A stretch of DNA of 64,000 nt from Leptogorgia sarmentosa (taxonomy: Eukaryota): positions 1,488,001 to 1,552,000 of the forward strand of contig OZ210884.1 in NCBI GenBank assembly GCA_964658305.1, read 5' to 3'. Shown in pieces: positions 52,201 through 63,938 of the stretch. The notes under the pieces are model-generated. The model was not told the origin of the DNA. It made no database searches and saw only the letters and a list, made by a program, of their open reading frames with translations. The position numbers and the translations under genes are program-made. Numbering within the stretch: position 1 is the first letter of the stretch; each line of letters starts with the position of its first letter.

Positions 52201-53158
52201 GGTTTTATTAGTCCCTGTTTTATACGTTCATACTTTACAAGTCCATTGCATGTCATATAAATCCACGTTTCACAAGTTCGTGTTTTAAAAGTCTCGGGTT
52301 TCAGTTAAGTTTTTTCTGCTGTTTATAGTCTTTTTTCTGCTGTTTAACGTGGATCGAGAGGCAATATTCATGTAATCATAATATTATATTCCTTTTCACA
52401 GACATTTAAAAACAGTCGATACCAAAAGAAGTTAACATAACAGAAAACAAATATTGCCAAATTTGGGAATTTCTGTAAGAAAATGTAGAACACAAATGCT
52501 TCAATAGTGAGTGTATATACAGGGTGGGTCAGAACGAACTTACTTATCTTACTAATCTTGGATTTAAATATTATTGTGTTTGTGCATTAACTGAACGTCA
52601 AATTAGTTTCATTACTCATTGACGCCTATGCTTATGTAAAGCATAACTGAACAAAAACACTGCAATCAAGTCTGATTAAACATGCAGCCAGTATCAGTAA
52701 TCACCATTTAATTTTGAGACTTCATGCTGGAAGGATGGTGCCAAAGCGCCAAAGTTTGCGAAATTTGCATATATCTGTATTAGGCCAGGAAAAGCGTGCC
52801 AACTTCCTGCCAATACGTTTCAAGTCCATAATAAGAAGACATTCCGTAGCAGTTTTTTGTATAGTTTCACTATCTACAGGAATTGTTCGAGTTTTATTTT
52901 CACTAGAGCCCAATATACCTATAACTATACACGAAATAATTATTCAGGTGACGCGATGAATGACTCCCAAAACTGATCGAAATATTTTCATAGGAAAATG
53001 TCCAGGATGTTGGGACATCAAATCATCAGTATCAACAGCCATCATTGAAAAACCCACTAATAAAATTTAAGTTGTATTGGATATTCAATCAACATAACCA
53101 TGAGCCTCGCCCTTGAAACTATAGTGCATTAAACCGTTTGCTTGAGTCATTTTTCTTG

Positions 53159-53930
53159 TAATAATATACACATGAAAAAATTTCTCGATTCTGATGGGCT
53201 GAGAGCAGTGTAATTTTAAGGAAATACAGTGCCAAAAAAGGAAATTCATTGCCAAAAAAAGAAATTCAGTGGAATTAAATTTCTTCAGAAGTTGATGTCT
53301 TGTGATTGGCTGAGATTGCAAAGCTAGCCAATCAGATTAACCCATTTCTGGCGAACAATAACAAAATATGAAATTCGGGGATGAAAAAATGGCTGCCGCT
53401 TTGGGTAGATTTTTTTAGCAACCGACAAATAAATGATAGAGGGACTTAAAAATAGTTCGAAAAATGAAAATACCACCAAAGATATCTTGTCTTTTGGTTG
53501 ACTGTGCGATAAAATGGTGCATTGAAAAGGAAATACAGCGCGAGATACAAAATATTCCGCTAGAGGAGTTAGATTGTATATTTTGATCGATTGTTTTGCT
53601 GAACGAAAACTGTGAATTAAAAAATTAAGAAACGGCGATGAATATGAACCAGACAGCTTAAAAGTGATATTAACAGCAGTCGATGATGACAACCATTTTA
53701 TAATACGAGACAGAGATTTCTCTTCGTTGAAGCAAGAGCTCGATGGACAAGCAAAACAACCTCGTATATAATAGCGGCCGAACAAAGCGAGACAAGTGTA
53801 ATAATGTAGTAATGTATTTGAATTTTTTTGTCCTCGTCCTTCGGACTCCTGGAATTTCGAATGTCTTTGAAAAACTCTCTCGTGCATGTTTTTTCCAAAT
53901 TGCACTCGAAACCATACTATTACCTATACA
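53159..53930 (+). mobile_element. Non-autonomous Crypton-like (tyrosine recombinase/DUF3504-related) insertion
   Basis: Absent from all other units (empty site GAGTCATTTTTCTTG|AAAAAA). Decayed + strand frames read GLKNSSKNENTTK, KWCIEKEIQREIQNIPLEELD, NGDEYEPDSLKVILTAVD, IIRDRDFSSLKQELDGQAKQ and RPNKAR, as in Crypton/ZMYM2-QRICH1-like recombinase regions. Confidence 0.7.
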
Positions 53931-53973
53931 AAAAATGTGTTTTTATAATTTTATAGGACAGCAGTAAAACAAA

Positions 53974-55394
53974 ATGTTGACGCTCATGAATATCATACTC
54001 TTGGCAGGGTTTGCCTTTCAGAACTGTGCTGGTAAAAAATAACACTGCCTTCATTTGCTCCCATAGTTTATTAAATGCAAATGCAATAAACTTTGTGGCC
54101 AACGTTTATTTCCCTTCATTTTGTGGCACTGAAGGGTCTGCATGCAGTATTTATGTTTTGCTTATACTCGAAGCAGGAATCAAACCAAGCAACGCATTTT
54201 GTCTATACCTAGAGTTGTGTCTAGCTTTCGAGCGGTAATTAAATTAAGCGAAACTTAACATGAATAGGGTGGATACTTTTTTCTCGCTCCCCTACTGCTA
54301 CACTGAAAGTCTCCTTTAATAACTTGACGAATCCTTTGCTAACTGTTTTGCAGCTGCTGAAACGTGCCAAAATGCAAATTGGTGGGCAAGTTTTGACCTA
54401 CCTGGTTGGTCAGACTGTCCTGGTGCATTTCCATACATGAAAGGTCTGAAAAGAAGCAAATCCACGATGCCTAGCAATGACTTCCTATATCATTTGGAAG
54501 AAGCCAGATGTTGCAACAATGGAAATTCCCGTCTCCAATGCGTCCCAGCTGATTGGACAGCAAGTTTTGACAGGTGATTCGTCTAACCTCATCTAAATAA
54601 GATCGGGATTTTTTTATTACAGGGAAATTGAAGATCAGCATTTGCCTTTCTCCAGGAATTAATGTTAAATTATTAAACGGAAAAGAACAAGAAATAAGAC
54701 ATATTTTCAACTAAAAACTTCCCAATGCACCTATAATAGCTAACTCGTGAAATAACCGTCATTGTTCACTGATATGATACTTATGAAAACTAGGAATAAA
54801 ATTTCAGTTTACATCGAGATTTTAGTTGAAATTTTAACTTTCTAAGAATCATTTATGTTTACGTTAAAGTCAAATGTTTGTGATTTCCACTGGGGATCAC
54901 ATCAACCCCATGTCATGTAAAAGTCTAATTCATTCATCTTCCTCAACATGGGAATATAATAAGGAATATTGCATGCATTTAGGTATAGGAACTGCACTTC
55001 ATCGGTACACACATGGTAACTACGATAATTCTGGAAAATATCATCCAGCTTTATTTATACAAAACTGTATAATAATAATATTTTGAAATTTATCCGTTGT
55101 GTATGATTTTTTAGCACAAACTGGAATTTGTGTCCATCAGGTTACTATCTTTCCGGTCTCAACCGTTCAACGGGTAACAACCTTAACAACATTGAGCATG
55201 CGTGGTGTTGCAAACCTCGTGGAGCCCCCAACTCATACAAATCCTGTTACACCGAGAACGTGCGGTCGATATTTGACTGGAGTCAAAATGGAATCGCGGC
55301 GTGTACTAAACCTCGTCACTATATCACTGGGATTTATCGATCCTCCTGCAACCTTCTGCGTTGTATTGAACTGTTGAAATGCTGTGAACTGTAG
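53974..55394 (+). CDS. Secreted three-repeat cysteine-rich protein, copy H (185 aa)
   Basis: Exons 53974-54031, 54354-54573 (AAETCQNANWWASFDLPGWSDCPGAFPYMKGLKRSKSTMPSNDFLYHLEEARCC.., missed by the ORF track) and 55115-55394. Open frame of 558 nt; AATAAA at 55560-55565. Confidence 0.92.
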
Positions 55395-56007
55395 ACAACT
55401 GCTGCAAATCTCACGTATACGATTTTGAACTTTTTTACAGTATTGTATTTTTTTCGTATTAATTTTTTCTTTACTATTTCACTTTACTATTTACCATACT
55501 ATTTTTTTCTTTCTGTAATTTTCTGTATCCATTGTTGTCTGCATGGGTAGTATAAAAACAATAAAGTAGACTGTGCATCAAGGAGACTGTGCACTTGTTT
55601 ATGGGTTTCGTGTAGTCATTCAATCTGCGTGACAAATTGAGCGGACGCAAATTATAGGACATGGACCGCGGTTGCTAGTGGATAAGTCAAGAATATCAGA
55701 CAATTTCATGCTTTCATTTAACATGGGCCGTTTTCATTAATTTTTCCACTTGAAAGTATGCTAGTGAAGATAAAATAATTTAAAGTTTGTAGTTTCACCA
55801 GGTAATTTTATTATCGCAAAGCTTTCGATCCGTAAGCCCAGATAGTCATCAGTGCAAATAATATGGGATCGATATCTGTTCTAATTCACACAGTGGCTTT
55901 TATATCACGAAAAATCAGTATGCATGTACACGTAAGTTAAAAAACGTTCACATCAACATGTTCTTGCAAACGTAATTATGCTGTTCTAATTATCGCAAGG
56001 CAAGTGA

Positions 56008-57453
56008 CAACCTCGTTCCCAGGCTCTTGATCTTCTCGCTCCCCGCTTGAGGAAAGACCCTGGTCGGGGCTGGTCACGTGGCACCCAGATTTTGGGTGCT
56101 AAATTGACAATTTACTTAGGGACGGGTGGTAGGGGAGTGAATTGGTTTGGCTTTATTTAATTGCAACTTGTGTTCTGGATTCGGACGATAGTATTAATAT
56201 TTGCAACATGAAATTAGAAATAGAAGAACTAAAAAATTCATATTTGTTATTAAATACTTCCTGTGTAACAATGAGTGTTAAGTTGCATTTAACGAGACAA
56301 CTTGGATCAGATTTCAGTAGACAACAAAGGCGCTTGGCGAGGACTTTTCACCGTAAGAATTTGAACACATAATGTATAAACAAGCTATGATATAATCACA
56401 TAGGACCAAAAGATACAGTGGAATATGTAATTGTCAGCATCAACCTGTCCATTACTCAAGCCCAACGGATTTACTGTACGTGTAAATGTGGAAAATGTGT
56501 AAAAATCGGGTAGCGTCCAACTATTTGTAAACATGGCCTACCTCGACCCGCAAAATATCCCATTTTACTTTCATGAAAGATATTAACGATCAAGAATTGC
56601 TTTGAAGTGTATTATCAAAGAATGCAAAGTCAAAGGCTCTCCATTCATATCGTAGAACTTAGCTACATTATAATTTTTATAAACTCGAATATACATTTAA
56701 TACAATTTGAAATATTTGTTTCATTACCTTCATAAATACAGTGCGCAGGCACAATAAAAATCGTAAAAAGATATTCCACTTCTTTGAATTTGTATATCGT
56801 AATAATATACGTAATTTTATTCTTACTTTGTATAAGAATGACTGTGAATATACTTGCATGGTTTCGAAAGGACATGTGTACTGTATACATGCGAACACTT
56901 ACAATATATATACACATTGTGTGGCCATTTGAGTGAAATGTTTTATATGTTGGCATGCATGCAATCAGTTGTGCCAAAGGCGCTATGTGTATGAACACCC
57001 GGGGTCGTTATTAAGAATAAGTCCCAATAAACAAGGAAATAAACACAAATTTTGTAAGGTTTCTGCATGGGAACAATTCAAAGGCGTGTTACAGAATATT
57101 AATACGGAAACGCTTCAATTTGAAACGACGCCTGAGGTTTGCGACGAAGCGCACGATGATATCATGATCATATTGCTCGATTTCTTGTGTCGATAAAATT
57201 TGTTCTTGTTAGATGGTTTTCTTGTATAATTCAAAACGTTAATAAGCGGGTTAAAGCAGGTTCTAATGTAATTATTCGTAACATTTAAGTCCTTACTCAC
57301 TCCTTACTGTTGAAATGTAACGTTTTCAAGTGGAAAAATGTAATTTGAGACTTTCCCCTCACCCCCTGAGGCCAATCAATCACGTGACCAGCCCCGACCA
57401 GGGTCTTTCCTCAAGCGGGGAGCGAGAGGATCAAGAGCCTGGGAACGAGGTTG
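56008..57453. mobile_element. Non-autonomous DNA transposon, 73-bp TIRs and perfect 9-bp TSD (AcademH- or Mutator-like)
   Basis: TIRs 56008-56080 and 57381-57453 (CAACCTCGTTCCCAGG..) differ at one base. TSD GGCAAGTGA at 55999-56007 and 57454-57462. Confidence 0.92.
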
Positions 57454-57464
57454 GGCAAGTGAAA

Positions 57465-57980
57465 TAAATTTTGCGCATTAAAAAGTGCGCGCCACGTACT
57501 GTCTAGTGGATTACCCTCTTGATCTATTGTGTTGTGCTTATTTTGCTATCAATTGCTAAAATGTTTGTTTCATCCCATTTTATACGAAGCTCATGAGTCC
57601 AAGAATGTTTAGCAACAGCTGATTTATCCACCTTAGCTTTCTCAGTTTCTCGCAATTTGTCTCGTCCTCTTTAACATGTTTAGGGTGATTTTACTGATTT
57701 ATGCCAGTTTCACATACGTATGTAAACAAAACAAAATTCACCAGGAATACAATATACACCAGGTTTCCGTGATGCATCTACGCTATCCTTGTGTGCAAAG
57801 AGATCTAAACAGTTTGTGTTGACTGGAATGGTATATTTGAACATCAGTCCGAATTACTTCTTTCAAAATCTTCTCAATTTTGTGTGAAGGCGGTCCAATA
57901 TATGGAAGACAAACTGAAGACTGATATTCAGTCTTCTATTTGATTCGTTGTGGCATATTTATGGCTTTGTCTATGAATTG
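57465..57980 (-). mobile_element. Penelope-like fragment at the right end of the array
   Basis: Homologous to 48690-49225. Confidence 0.7.
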
Positions 57981-58225
57981 TATTTAGCTTTGTATTGTTA
58001 TTTGAATATGAAGCGCTTCCCGCGATACCGCGCAGTGACGTTACTGGTGACGTTACAACTACAAGGCAAAACCGCTGTTTGATCGCATGTTCGCTCGCAT
58101 GTATACATGGCCGCCGCGAAATATGGAAAAATTCACTTTTTTATTTCTCTATTTCTCTATTTCTCGAGTTTTATTTACTATGGGAACCTACGATTTGGTA
58201 CGGAAGGTAAGAAGTTTACTATCTT

Positions 58226-58525
58226 TCATTTGAACCTAAGTTGTTGCGAACAATGACTTCCCCTTAAGTCAGGGCTAATGTTGTTCCATAGAGTGACAGT
58301 TCGATAAAGGAATCTTGTCAGGTAGCTGTTTTGTACAATGGAACGTCCAGAGTCCAGACTTCGTACATTTCGTGTCTCACAAGAGCTCACTTTACCTCTG
58401 GTTATTAACTGGGACGACAAGTAGATGGGGGCACAATTGTTTATGCATTCGAAGGCCAGTAGAGCATCACGATAGTAGAGATGCAATTTCAGGGAAAGCC
58501 ACTGTATTTCCTTTAGAATTTATTT
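58226..58525 (-). mobile_element. LINE (L2/CR1-group) ORF2 C-terminal fragment
   Basis: ILKEIQWLSLKLHLYYRDALLAFECINNCAPIYLSSQL..TRN..FLYRTVTLWNNI resembles the post-RT tail of L2/CR1-type LINEs. Confidence 0.75.
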
Positions 58526-58641
58526 TTTAATTTCATCGTGCACGGGGCCCCCAGCTCAAGCGGTGCCCCGGGGCAAATTCCTCTTGTGCCCATAGGATAG
58601 TTTGCGCCCCTGAAATTTTCAATATTTTCAAAAAAAATCTA

Positions 58642-58715
58642 CAGGGGGTGGAAGAAAAAAGTGACCCCCCTTATAAAAATTGTTCTGGGGGCCACTTTTT
58701 TTTGTCCACCCCCTG
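58642..58715. mobile_element. Tiny Tc1/mariner-type hairpin MITE
   Basis: CAGGGGGTGGA..AAAAAAGTG and CACTTTTTTTTGTCCACCCCCTG, flanked by TA on both sides. Confidence 0.65.
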
Positions 58716-60261
58716 TATACCTGTTTTTTTTCGGGAAAAAAAACAAGCCTCTGCCTTAATAATTCCTCAGATCCTACTCGACCTCATTCAATAACTGTTT
58801 AATATATTGCACATTACTGTTATAAATAGGATATTTGCATGCAAACACCTTGACTAAAGAAACACTGAGCTCTTCACATTAATGAGTAGGCGGTATATCA
58901 GCTGTATGATCCCACGGTAAACTTGACTATAGTAAACTCTTTTGGGAGCGTAAGCGTCAGTTCGCCATGAACACGCTTGTAATGCTGTTAAACATTTGCG
59001 AGTTTCGTATTTCATATATGGCCAATGACAGAATAAAACGTGGACATGCTTGGAGCGAAAGCCCCTCTGTCACGACTGAATTTAGTAGCGGACCTCTATC
59101 TATAAGCAGTACTTTTCCCCAAACCGGTTATAGTTTTATAGAAAAATACATAAAATCTATTAGCCACAAATAACTGCATGTTTTACAATGTTGTCATGAA
59201 AAATGCTGCTTTTAATCAGAAGTAAATTATTTGAGAAAATACATTCCACGTACCTTCAAGGATGGTTGACTCCTGAACACGTTTAAGATATTTCGTAATT
59301 GGTTTCGGAAAAATCGACATATTTCTGTCGACTAATTTCTTAAATGTTAAGCTGTGTTGCGAGATGTAAAAGTTTGCATGACAAAATAATGTTATAATAT
59401 TATTTGGGTACAAATCAATTCGTAAAATTTGTCGTAAACGTTAGCATCGCATTATGCTTTTTTCTATATGCATGCATGTGGATTATTGCGCTCCATCCAG
59501 GGCTAGTAGCTTATTCGCTACTCCAGTTTTATTAAAACAGCTGCAATAAATCTAAATTTACATGTGTTTTACACGGCGCTAAATCGAAGAGAAAAAGCAA
59601 AGCTCTAGTTTAGATGCTCTCTATACAAATTTGCTCTTCAGTCTACACTTTTTCAACCACGTTTTTAATACTTACATACAACGTTAGAGTGTTTTTAACA
59701 TTTGAATTTACACACATCACTCTTTAATTACATACGTATACATAATGATATATGGAGGAAACAATTCTAGGCTAAGATATTGTTCATATAAGTCACAGTA
59801 GATTATTTTGAGCCATTTCAAAGACTGGCAAACGCTATTTTATAACACGAGTACAGAGAATACATAAATTATGATGAGAATTACGTCGGTTCTGTTTGCA
59901 TTTTAAAACATACTTTCATCAGTCCCTAGTCATGCATGAAACCAACGATGCATGAATCAAAGATATATGAAACTAATGAAATGCATTCGATTTCCTATGA
60001 TGTGCATGAAAAAAAAATTTGGTTTAGTTTCGACCGTATAATTCACACCAAGTTTTCGGATTCTCTAATCGTTTATTAACGAGTTGCAAATTTGAATTAT
60101 GTCCTCTCAAATAACAGATGGCATAAAATTTAGGCGCTATATTTCAAAATATCACAAATTATTGCACAAACGTTCAGTCATTTCGATTGCTTCTAACACA
60201 AATATATTGTGTATCTGTATAACTATATTATGTCAAGTTTAATATGAACATTTACTATTTT

Positions 60262-61242
60262 TTACCGAGAACATATAGAGTTCAGCTTCTTAACCGCTTC
60301 CTTTCTCAGCATAGTCTTGCTCCAGAAGAAAATTAGCGAGTTAACACTAGAATTTAAGAAACTGAGCCTATAAAGCCAGACCAGGATTGCTCGCCGCTCA
60401 ATTTGTTCCAGTGTTGGCGTAAATGTAAGCGCGATTGCACCCGGAAGAAAGCAGAGAACGCCAAAACAAACAACAACCATGAAACAAGATTTTGCGTGTT
60501 TAATTTGTCCAAGGAAGACCTTCATTTTTGTTGTATTTTCTTGTGCCGCAGGGTCATGAGGTCTGTTCGGAGAGCGGGACAATTTCCTGACGACCAAGTA
60601 TATTTTGATGTAGGCAAATGTAACGAAGGCCAAAATGAGCATTACTAGTGTTATTACACAAATGTAATACAACTCGGGCTTATCTAAAAAGAAAAAGAAT
60701 AAAAGTATTGCCAACACAGCACCGCATCCAACAAAAATCAGCAGTCTCTTTTTCGTCACACGAGTACTGTACGCATAAGGATGTAAGATGGCAATGTATC
60801 TTTCCGTTGTCAGTGCAAATAGGGTGATACAGGAGGTTAGCGTGGGTAACAATGTCGACTTAAGTGCCAAAGTTGCTGCAACGCAGTTTGTAATTCCTCC
60901 TAATCCACTCGCCAGGAAAAAGATCAATAACGGTATGCCGAGAACGCCAACTGCCAAGTCGATTACGGACTGCACAAGAATTATGAAATAACAAGGCTTA
61001 TTCTTCAGTTGAGAAGACTTTAAGATTGTTATTATTGCAGCGGCGTTGAGTAGTATTGTTGGAATCATCAGGAGACCATTGAATACGATAGCAAATATGT
61101 TGTTGATCTCAAACTTTTCAGACGGAAACTGGGTTGTGATAAAATGAGTTTCTCCGAGAATTTTACATGACATTTTAAAAGCTTCTTCGTCAACTGAGCG
61201 ATTCATTTTGGCTTGTCCTCTCGTGTGAAAGTTAAAAAACAT
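60262..61242 (-). CDS. Intronless class A (rhodopsin-like) orphan GPCR, 326 aa
   Basis: Seven hydrophobic segments; TM1 Asn (TILLNA), TM2 QSVIDLAVG, TM3 ERY-IAILHP, TM6 LCFLP and TM7 NSSVNSLIF. The start could be a downstream Met (MNRSV). Confidence 0.93.
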   Translation of the reverse strand: MFFNFHTRGQAKMNRSVDEEAFKMSCKILGETHFITTQFPSEKFEINNIFAIVFNGLLMIPTILLNAAAIITILKSSQLKNKPCYFIILVQSVIDLAVGVLGIPLLIFFLASGLGGITNCVAATLALKSTLLPTLTSCITLFALTTERYIAILHPYAYSTRVTKKRLLIFVGCGAVLAILLFFFFLDKPELYYICVITLVMLILAFVTFAYIKIYLVVRKLSRSPNRPHDPAAQENTTKMKVFLGQIKHAKSCFMVVVCFGVLCFLPGAIALTFTPTLEQIERRAILVWLYRLSFLNSSVNSLIFFWSKTMLRKEAVKKLNSICSR

Positions 61243-62286
61243 AATAAAGGCGAAGAAGAATCGAACATCTGCCGCTTTTCAATAAATCTGCTATGTCGGA
61301 GAAGTACTATATCACTTTGATTTTGACCAAAATGTTTTTTAATAAGGTAATTTTTTCTGATTGCGCTTGCTTCTAAGTGCCTCGTGGAGGACGGTGTTTT
61401 AAATAATAGTATAATGATAAATGAGTTTTGGACTGAGAAAGAGAGGTAGCTAATGTATGCAGCAGGTGCCATATGTCCAAGACGAAAAAAACCCAAAACG
61501 ACACATGAAACACCCCCATAAACGTAAGAAATATTAAGGGAATTTTGGAGAATTCAAATGATAGATATCGCATTTTACATCGATAGAATGTTTGTTAAAA
61601 ACCTCATTTTTAACAACACCTCTTTGACTGAAAATGAATATGCCGACTAATTGTCATTCAGTGACTGAGAACTGAACCGCAGTATCCTTTCCAGACAAAC
61701 TGAAGCGATATTGCATGGAAGCATGGAACAGTAAAAATACTTGAAAAGTGCACTTTTGAAAAGCTAGCATGCTAGATTTTGAACAAGTGCACTTGTCATA
61801 GAAAAAGTTGGCAAAGTAAAAACATTATTTATTCCTGAGATTTTTTCCTGAATTATGATCGAAAATGAAAATCTTGCTCGAAATAAATAAGTCCATTCAC
61901 GATCGCTCACTGATTTTTTAGCGATAGAACTTATGGTTACTTGCGCGCTCCGGTCATTGGTAGACATTGTTTCACCGCAAAGCATACTAGCAGTTGTGAC
62001 CACATAAGCAGAATTATTGAGAACGTGAATATGGGCAACTATTTATATACATAGCTATATATACATGTGTGACCGGATGATGATGTATCAGCATTCACTT
62101 TTCTAGCCCGCTAAATTCACGTAGTCAGGGTGCACCAATTTCCTCAACAGAACCCAATTGCGGAAATGGATAATGGACCTTGATAAAGGTCATACCTCAG
62201 TCATGACGTGCTGCAGCATCGTGCAACAACTTGATTAATTTCCTCCACTTCAAAGTTGTTTTCAGCACGAATATGCAATTATAATA

Positions 62287-62496
62287 CTATATATGCAATA
62301 TATAGTATATTGTTGGAATCATCAGGAGACCATTGAATACGATAGCAAATATGTTGTTGATCTCAAACTTTTCAGACGGAAACTGGGTTGTGATAAAATG
62401 AGTTTCTCTGAGACTTTTACACGACATTTTAAAATCTTCTTCGTCAACTGAGCGATTCATTTTGGCTTGTCCTCTCGTGTGAAAGTTTAAAAACAT
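62287..62496 (-). pseudogene. Truncated duplicate of the GPCR 5' end (ends within TM1)
   Basis: Near-identical to the first ~63 aa of the GPCR, then runs into upstream sequence and stops. Confidence 0.85.
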
Positions 62497-63030
62497 AATA
62501 AAGGCGAAGAAAAATAGAACATCTGCCGCTTTTCAATAAATCTGCTGTCGGAGAAGTACTATATCACTTTGATTTTGACCAGAATGTTTTTTAATAAGGT
62601 AATTTTTTCTGATTGCGCTTGCAGCTAAGTGCCTCGTGGACGACGGTGTTTTAAATAATAGTATAATGATAAATGAGTTTCGGACTGAGAAAGAGAGGTA
62701 GCTAATGTATGCAGCAGGTGCCATATGTCGAAGACGAAAAAAAAACAAAACGACACATGAAACACCCCCATAAACGTAAGAGATATTAAGGGAATTTTAG
62801 AGAATTAAAATGATAGACATCGCATTTTACATTGATAGAATGTTTGTTATAAAATCCTCATTTTTAACAACACCTCTTTGAAAAATGAATATGCCGACTA
62901 ATTGTCATTCAGTGACTGAGAACTGAACCGCAGTATCCTTTCCAGACGAAATGAAGCGATATTGCATGGAAGCATGGAACAGTGAGGTAAAAATACTTGA
63001 CAAGTGCACTTTTGAAAAGCTAGCGAGCTA

Positions 63031-63285
63031 CAATCCTGGCCAAAACCATTAACTACACTCCAATAAAGTTGTCCCTTTTGAGGTTTTCGACTATAAATCG
63101 TCTATTTTTTCTTGTCAAAATACCCCCTCCACCCCCAAAACAATGTTGAGTCTATGCCAAATGCATTAAACATGTTATGCAACACCATCCAACATTGATT
63201 GGTGGGGGAAAGGGGGAGGGTTCTTTATTTTGCTCTAAACCCCATAGAAAAATAGTATGTGTCGCTAATGTTTTGACCAGGATTG
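63031..63285. mobile_element. TA-flanked MITE (Tc1/mariner-type)
   Basis: TIR CAATCCTGGCCAAAAC / GTTTTGACCAGGATTG with TA on both sides. It replaces ~90 nt present in the paralogous unit (~61770-61856). Confidence 0.75.
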
Positions 63286-63701
63286 TAGATGATCGAAAAT
63301 GAAAATCTTGCTCGAAATAAATAAGTCCATTCACGATCGCTCACTGATTTTTTAGCGATAGAACTTATGGTTACTTGCGCGTTCTGGTCATTGGTAGACA
63401 TTGTTTCACCGCAAAGCATACTAGCAGTTGTGACCACATAAGCAGAATTATTGAGAACGGGAATATGGGCAATTATTTATATACATAGCTATATATACAT
63501 GTGTGACCGGATGATGATGTATCAGCATTCACTTTTCTAGCCCGCTAAATTCACGTAGTCAAGCTGCACCAATTTTCTCAACAGAACCCAATTGGGCAAA
63601 TGCATATGGATATTGGACCTTGATAAAGGTCATACCTCAGTCACGACGTGCTGCAACATCGTGCAACAGCTTGATTAATTTCCTGCACTTCAAAGTTGTC
63701 T

Positions 63702-63938
63702 TCAGCACGAATATGCAATTATAATACTATAATTATATGCAATATATAGTATTGTTGGAATCATCAGGAGACCATTGAATACGATAGCAAATATGTTGTT
63801 GATCTCAAACTTTTCAGACGGAGACTGGGCTGTAATAAAATGAGTTTCTCCGAGAATTTTACATGACATTTTAAAATCTTCTTCGTCAACTGAGCGATTC
63901 ATTTTGGCTTGTCCTCTCGTGTGAAAGTTAAAAAACAT
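63702..63938 (-). pseudogene. Second truncated duplicate of the GPCR 5' end
   Basis: Same truncation point as 62287-62496; the unit continues past the window edge. Confidence 0.85.

Larger units (their letters stand above)
10545..57980. repeat. Tandem segmental array of ~8 units (motif block - MITE - upstream region - 3-exon gene - 3' region - Penelope fragment)
   Basis: The same blocks recur in the same order. Gene starts are at 14629(-), 20659, 27283, 32011, 36594, 42756 and 53974, plus a gene-less unit near 47-49 kb. Confidence 0.95.

Noticed and set aside
53324..53905. 193-aa minus-strand ORF as a gene
   Set aside because: It lies within the Crypton-like insertion, whose decayed coding signal is on the + strand.
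55395..60261. An aerolysin-type pore-forming partner gene near the array
   Set aside because: No ORF or exon with aerolysin-like features was recognisable. Each intact copy ends in a stop followed by AATAAA.
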